A DNA stretch of 38,762 nt from Acidimicrobiales bacterium (GTDB lineage Bacteria > Actinomycetota > Acidimicrobiia > Acidimicrobiales > Palsa-688), in NCBI GenBank assembly GCA_050744165.1, contig JBOGGN010000242.1:1-38762 (forward strand), given 5' to 3'. Both the position numbers and the translations under genes were made by a program. The notes under the pieces are model-generated. The model did not search any database, had not been told where the DNA came from, and saw only the letters and a list, made by a program, of their open reading frames with translations. How positions within the stretch are numbered: position 1 is the first letter of the stretch; every line of letters begins with the position of its first letter. Shown piece by piece: positions 34,759-38,762 of this stretch.

Positions 34759-34778
34759 GCCCGCGGTCAGCGGCTCAG
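34755..34778. terminator. Hairpin spanning both stop codons of convergent genes (candidate bidirectional terminator)
   Basis: CTGAGCC (34755-61) pairs with GGCTCAG (34772-78) around a 10-nt loop. It overlaps TGA 34756-58 on the plus strand and TGA 34777-75 on the minus strand. Confidence 0.3.
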
Positions 34779-35329
34779 GTGCCTGGGTAGGGGATTTGGG
34801 CAGAGGGACATTGGAAGCCTCCACTGATTTGGACGTTGCCGACCTCGACGGTTGCGCCGTCTGCGCCCGTGCCCACGAAGTTGGCCAGCGTCAGGACGAA
34901 GTCCCCCGCACCGGTAGCGATTGACTGCATTGCCTCCTCATAGAGCACACGGTTGGGATACTGCGGGTTGATGAGGATGGCTGCGCCGGGCACGACGATG
35001 ACCGCTGTGGGGGCTGCCAGCACCGAATGGGCGGGGGTGCCCGGTCCCCCTGCCGGCAGATCGATGCGAACGAACATCCCGCCCTTCGGGGCGGCGCCGC
35101 AAGTGACCTTGGTCACCGTGACCTGGGGGTAGAACGGCGCCTGGAGGACACCGGGAGTCACGCCGTCAATGGTCAGGCTGGTTGCGCTCGGGGTGGTCGA
35201 GGTCGTTGTTGCCGCGACCGTCGTGGTCGTCTGGCCAACGCTCGATTTGCTGCAGCCCGCCAGGCAGGCGGCGGCCAGGCAGAGCGCGGCTAGCCACAGC
35301 CCCGCGACGGTGGCCGATCGATGCTCCAC
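34775..35329 (-). CDS. Hypothetical lipoprotein with Thr-rich linker
   Basis: Has a signal peptide plus lipobox (LWLAALCLAAACLAGCS) and a TTTTVAATTTSTTPS linker. No recognisable catalytic motif was found. Confidence 0.6.
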   Translation of the reverse strand: MEHRSATVAGLWLAALCLAAACLAGCSKSSVGQTTTTVAATTTSTTPSATSLTIDGVTPGVLQAPFYPQVTVTKVTCGAAPKGGMFVRIDLPAGGPGTPAHSVLAAPTAVIVVPGAAILINPQYPNRVLYEEAMQSIATGAGDFVLTLANFVGTGADGATVEVGNVQISGGFQCPSAQIPYPGT

Positions 35330-35368
35330 GCTGCGTTGCCCCCTCCTTGTGCGTCCCCCAGAGAGAGA

Positions 35369-35719
35369 TTAGCTGCACCTTTCGTCGGACTCGGTGTACT
35401 GGGTCTTCCCTACGTTGACCACCATGGGGCCGGTACAGCTCTTGCCCGAGGCACTGGCGTTCAGGGTGGCGGTGATCATGGTCCCGCTGGAGGTGAACCC
35501 GAGGCAATCGACGATGCCCGGCGCTTGGCCGAAGCAGCTGATCGATCCCTTGTAGTCGACGTTGTGGGCGTGCAACACCTGAACGACGTCGGCGGCAGTG
35601 GCCGTGCGCACGACCGATTTACTAGGGCCCTTGGCGCTCTTGCTGCCGCAACCGCCGGCCAGCAGGGTGACGACGGCGGCGGCGCAAAGGCCGAGGCTTA
35701 CCTGGTGCGACACAGACAT
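35369..35719 (-). CDS. Small hypothetical Cys-rich lipoprotein (116 aa)
   Basis: The ATG at 35719 is Met66 of the track ORF. The lipobox is LLAGGCGS, followed by four further Cys (SCFG...DCLG...SCTG...ERCS). Confidence 0.5.
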   Translation of the reverse strand: MSVSHQVSLGLCAAAVVTLLAGGCGSKSAKGPSKSVVRTATAADVVQVLHAHNVDYKGSISCFGQAPGIVDCLGFTSSGTMITATLNASASGKSCTGPMVVNVGKTQYTESDERCS

Positions 35720-35816
35720 GTGGAGATAGTCGCCGATTCTCTCGCCCGGGTCCAGCCCCGGGCCCCCGGCCCCCGCTAGGCCTGGCATCAGCCGCGGGCC
35801 GCTAGGGTCGCCGAGG

Positions 35817-36839
35817 ATGGCATTGGGTACCCGGCCGGCACGCCCGACTCGCCGTCGCAGACGGCCCTGGTTGTTCTTCGCCCTGCTGGCCACGGTACTC
35901 GTCCTCGTTGTCAACGCCGCCCTGTCGGCTCGCTCGCCCGGTCCCGTCCGCCAGCAGGCGGAGCAGTCTTACCTGGACCAGGTCCTGCCGGGGGTGCAGC
36001 AGTCGAGTCAGCAAGGCTTGGATGTCGGCAACCTCTTGAGCCAGGCACTGACCCTGTCCCCCACGACGCTCGCCAATCACCTGGACGAGGACTTTTCCCA
36101 GGCCCAACAGACTTTGGCGGTGGTGGAAAAATTGAACCCCCCGACCGCCATGAAGACACCTCAGTCGTTGCTGGTGTCGGCGTTGGCTCTTCGCGCGTCG
36201 GGCACCAAGGCACTGGGCCAGGCGATCACCACCGCACTCAGCAATCAGCCCCAGGTGTCGGCGGTCAGCGCCCTGGCCAGCGCGGGACTCGACCTCGAGG
36301 CCTCCGATCGCGCCTACGCCCTTTTCCAGCAGGCGGTACCGGCCTCCGGTGGCATCGTCCCCAAGTCGGTGTGGGTCGCCGACACCTCGACCTACACGAC
36401 GCCGATGCTCTCGGTCTTCGTGAACAGCCTCCGTGCCCATACCAGCCTGACTCCCGTCGTGGCGGTGGCGGTCGTGGCGGTGACCACCGACCCAGCACCG
36501 GTGAATCTCCTCAACGGGGTCCAGATCCTGCCCGTCGCCGGTACCCTCAGTCTGCAGGTCGTGGTTGCCAACACCGGCAACCAGCAGGAGCCGAACCTGA
36601 CGGTCATGGCCAGCATCGCGCCGTCGCAGAGCGGCCCGACGCAGAGCGTCCGCAACTTCATCGGTCTCAGTCCGGGCGAATCCAAAACGGTGGGTCTCGG
36701 CCCCCTCCGGATGATCCCCGGCCAGGCCACCACGCTCACCGCGACTGTCACGCCGAGCGTCTCGACGACCGCCACAACGGTTGGGGGCCAATCGGCCATA
36801 CCGGACAACAGCCAGGTCATCATGCTCGAAATGCAGTGA
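35817..36839 (+). CDS. Hypothetical N-terminally membrane-anchored secreted protein
   Basis: Has an Arg-rich N-region plus a TM/signal anchor (RRRRRPWLFFALLATVLVLVVNAALSA), followed by a Gln/Ala-rich helical region and a Thr/Val-rich C-terminal domain. No family was recognised. Confidence 0.55.
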   Translation: MALGTRPARPTRRRRRPWLFFALLATVLVLVVNAALSARSPGPVRQQAEQSYLDQVLPGVQQSSQQGLDVGNLLSQALTLSPTTLANHLDEDFSQAQQTLAVVEKLNPPTAMKTPQSLLVSALALRASGTKALGQAITTALSNQPQVSAVSALASAGLDLEASDRAYALFQQAVPASGGIVPKSVWVADTSTYTTPMLSVFVNSLRAHTSLTPVVAVAVVAVTTDPAPVNLLNGVQILPVAGTLSLQVVVANTGNQQEPNLTVMASIAPSQSGPTQSVRNFIGLSPGESKTVGLGPLRMIPGQATTLTATVTPSVSTTATTVGGQSAIPDNSQVIMLEMQ

Positions 36840-36854
36840 GCTAAGGGATTCGCG

Positions 36855-36931
36855 TCACGGGCACCGTGAGATTTCGTCACCTGGTGCGTTGTCTGTGTAA
36901 CGTTGGTGCGCCTGCCGGGAACGATTCCCGG
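36855..36931. promoter_or_regulatory. Two palindromic candidate operators in the lower-GC region upstream of the mini-ORF operon
   Basis: TCACGGgcaCCGTGA lies at 36855-36869 and CCGGGAacgatTCCCGG at 36915-36931. Both sit in a 135-bp lower-GC stretch (…ttgtctgtgtaacgttgg…) between the stop at 36839 and the ATG at 36976. Confidence 0.35.
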
Positions 36932-36975
36932 CAAAGCGGCCATATCGACCAGGGTCGAGGGCGGACGGAGTAGCT

Positions 36976-37128
36976 ATGTACGGAAAGACAGCGGTCACCG
37001 GAGTAGCAGGGTCGGGGATACTGGCCGTGACCGGTCGCCCCGTCTGGGGATTGGTCCTCTTCGGCGCAGTGCTGATCATGCTCGGCCTATTGCTGTTGCG
37101 CGTAGTGAGCGTTCGGAGCTACCGCTGA
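36976..37128 (+). CDS. 50-aa mini-protein consisting essentially of a sortase-type C-terminal sorting signal (LAVTG + TM + basic tail)
   Basis: It is not in the ORF track because it is under 60 aa. The ATG at 36976 has a GGAG SD 5 nt upstream. The product is MYGKTAVTGVAGSGILAVTGRPVWGLVLFGAVLIMLGLLLLRVVSVRSYR, with a TGA stop at 37126-37128. The ATG of the next gene lies 7 nt further on. Confidence 0.45.
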   Translation: MYGKTAVTGVAGSGILAVTGRPVWGLVLFGAVLIMLGLLLLRVVSVRSYR

Positions 37129-37134
37129 GCCAAG

Positions 37135-37710
37135 ATGCCGGTCATCCACGACGCTCCGTCGTTTCCGGACCAATCCGCTCCGGAGGACCGACCGACCGCG
37201 CTCGACCGGCCGGTCGCCATCGCTGTTTTCGCAGTGGCGGCGGCATTGCTGATCTGGGAGGCCCGCTTCCGAGTGATCGAGGCTTCCGTCTCGGCATGGA
37301 CGATCCGGTTGTTCCGGGTCCGACCGGCGCGCTCCCTCGGTCCGGACGTGATCTTTCCCCTCGGCCACCGCTGGGTCGGGTTCGCGCTGACCTTGTCCTG
37401 CACCTCGGCGCTGCTCATGGTGCCGTTCTTCGTGATCGCCGGAGTGCTCCTGCTCTTCCGGAGGGTCCCGCGGCGCCGTGCGCTAGTTGCGTTGGCGGTG
37501 GCGGCCGCCGTCCTGTTTGCCATCAACCAGCTGCGCCTAGTCGTGATCGCGGCGTCGATGCTCTGGTGGGGCTTCGAGACGGGCTACCAGCGCAGCCACG
37601 TGCTGCTCGGAACCACACTCAGCACTATCGGCGTGATCATCGGAATCATCATCTTCGTCTGGATGCTGGTCGAGGATCCGAGTCGTCGTACTCGACGGAC
37701 CGCCTCATGA
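37135..37710 (+). CDS. Small polytopic membrane protein (5-6 TM); possible exosortase/archaeosortase-family core (inference)
   Basis: The 191-aa product has hydrophobic helices at about aa 27-40, 80-107, 116-130, 135-146 and 156-178. A Cys lies in a TM (LTLSCTSAL, C89). An N-x-x-R (AINQLRL, N131/R134) sits about 45 aa downstream. A His-containing segment (RSHVLLGT) follows. This arrangement recalls the Cys/Arg active-site spacing of exosortases. It is translationally coupled to the mini-ORF. Confidence 0.55.
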   Translation: MPVIHDAPSFPDQSAPEDRPTALDRPVAIAVFAVAAALLIWEARFRVIEASVSAWTIRLFRVRPARSLGPDVIFPLGHRWVGFALTLSCTSALLMVPFFVIAGVLLLFRRVPRRRALVALAVAAAVLFAINQLRLVVIAASMLWWGFETGYQRSHVLLGTTLSTIGVIIGIIIFVWMLVEDPSRRTRRTAS

Positions 37711-37783
37711 AAGCCCTTCTCTTGCTGTCCCGTAACAACCAACACAACGTCAGCCCAGCTAGTTCCAGCCCTTTGGAGGAGTT

Positions 37784-38665
37784 ATGAGTTCAGGTCGCCT
37801 TCGGCTCTCACTTGGCAAGTTTGCCGGGGCCGGACTGATCGCAACGGTGGTCTTGGGGATGGCAGCAGCCTCGCCTGCCTTCGCCGACACATCGACTGCC
37901 ACTGCCAACGCAGCCACACTGCAACTCGGGTCATCGACCCTCCTCACGACCGGGCAGTGCACCAGCAGCAACCCCGGGTCTGGGGCAAATGACACCTGCG
38001 GCCAGACACCTAGCCTCAGCCTCCTCGGCACCCAGACGGCGATCGAGGCGGGTCTGCTGGTTCAGCAGACCGTCGCCCGGGCCGACGGCACCTCGGCCGC
38101 GTGCGCTGGACTGGTCGGCACCGGCGGGACCATCCAGATCGGCGCCGGGGGAACCTGCACCGTCACCGGCGCGGCTCCCGGCGGTGTCCAGCTGAACTTG
38201 GGCTTGGCCACGGTGCACGCTGACGCCATCCTGGCCGAATGCACCGCTTCGTCGACCGGGACTCCCACCGCTTCGGTGCAGTTGGTCAACGCCACGATTA
38301 GCCTGCTCGGCGGCGGCACCACCCCCATCATCTCGTCGCCGCCCGCGAACGACACGGCCGTCGACCTGGGTGCCCTGGTCACCGCCACCCTCAACAAGCA
38401 GCCCGCCACGACCCCGGCACCGCCGGCCGGCTCCATCAGTACCTCCGCCCTCGACGTCAGCGTCCTGAGTGGCGTGCTCGGCACACCGCCACTGGTGCAC
38501 CTGACGGTCGGCACCGTCTCCTGCGGTCCCAACGCCGTTACGCCGCCGACGCCCGCCTTCCCGCTGGAGGGCGCTCCTATCGCGGCCGGAATCTTCCTGG
38601 TCGCCGGGTACATCGGGTATCGCTTCTGGTGGACGCCCCGGCGGCGGGCCCAGACTCTGGTCTAG
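37784..38665 (+). CDS. Secreted Thr/Gly/Ala-rich protein with C-terminal tripartite tail (short motif + TM helix + RRR), a candidate dedicated sorting substrate
   Basis: A strong GGAGGAG SD lies 6 nt upstream. The signal peptide is LIATVVLGMAAASPAFA. The mature region is Cys-containing and low in complexity. The C-terminus reads ...TPAFPLEG-APIAAGIFLVAGYIGYRFWW-TPRRRAQTLV. Confidence 0.7.
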   Translation: MSSGRLRLSLGKFAGAGLIATVVLGMAAASPAFADTSTATANAATLQLGSSTLLTTGQCTSSNPGSGANDTCGQTPSLSLLGTQTAIEAGLLVQQTVARADGTSAACAGLVGTGGTIQIGAGGTCTVTGAAPGGVQLNLGLATVHADAILAECTASSTGTPTASVQLVNATISLLGGGTTPIISSPPANDTAVDLGALVTATLNKQPATTPAPPAGSISTSALDVSVLSGVLGTPPLVHLTVGTVSCGPNAVTPPTPAFPLEGAPIAAGIFLVAGYIGYRFWWTPRRRAQTLV

Positions 38666-38762
38666 GCGGCCACCCGCCCCAGGCGTCGGTCGCTTGCGGG
38701 TTGGTTCCGCAACGTCAGCTAACTGCGCCAAACTGGTAGACGGCCGAGCCGGATTCCCGGCT

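Noticed and set aside
37135-37710. Firm annotation of the membrane protein as an exosortase
   Set aside because: The assignment rests on recalled motif spacing (TM Cys, N-x-x-R, downstream His) and genomic context only. The protein is shorter than canonical exosortases (~280 aa). It is kept as a hypothesis, not a call.
36392-37787. ORFs 36392-36943 (-), 36855-37079 (-) and 36903-37787 (+, 294 aa)
   Set aside because: They overlap the better-supported 35817-36839 gene, the mini-ORF and the membrane-protein gene in other frames, and give Arg/Pro-rich nonsense translations.
19006-38762. tRNA-Leu-associated genomic island with integrase and attachment repeats
   Set aside because: No integrase or recombinase ORF was found, and no obvious direct repeat of the tRNA 3' end further downstream. 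Only the qualitative core-to-accessory transition is noted. A full repeat search could not be done by eye.

Overview
This 38.8-kb window is very GC-rich (about 70%), gene-dense chromosome of actinobacterial type. It falls into three parts.

The left part (1-10.3 kb) carries housekeeping and envelope genes on both strands. These are an NfeD-like/flotillin pair, an MBOAT O-acyltransferase with an SGNH-hydrolase partner, an MFS transporter, a translationally coupled CPBP-protease/VIT1 pair, a 1-Cys peroxiredoxin and a thiolase.

The centre (10.3-19.7 kb) is the conserved actinobacterial cell-division/cell-wall signalling cluster, in canonical order. It runs crgA, trpG-like amidotransferase, pknB, pbpA, rodA, pstP, fhaB, fhaA, then tRNA-Leu(CAG) and pyrE.

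The right half (19.7-38.8 kb) is an accessory cell-surface region. It holds an orphan Tat-lipoprotein solute-binding protein and a giant 2731-aa repeat protein (16 Ig-like plus 6 DUF11-like tandem domains) ending in an LALTG sorting signal. It also holds a 970-aa paralog ending in LSLTG that is co-transcribed with an L,D-transpeptidase-like lipoprotein. A divergent M15-peptidase lipoprotein and several small lipoproteins follow.

The most unusual element is a compact three-gene module at 36976-38665. Its first gene is a 50-aa peptide that is essentially only an LAVTG/TM/basic-tail sorting signal. Its second is a small polytopic membrane protein with an exosortase-like Cys and N-x-x-R arrangement. 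Its third is a secreted protein ending in a non-canonical motif/TM/RRR tail.

Thr/Pro-rich linkers encoded by unstable short tandem repeats recur throughout the envelope proteins. Many long antisense ORFs in the six-frame track are high-GC artefacts and were not called.
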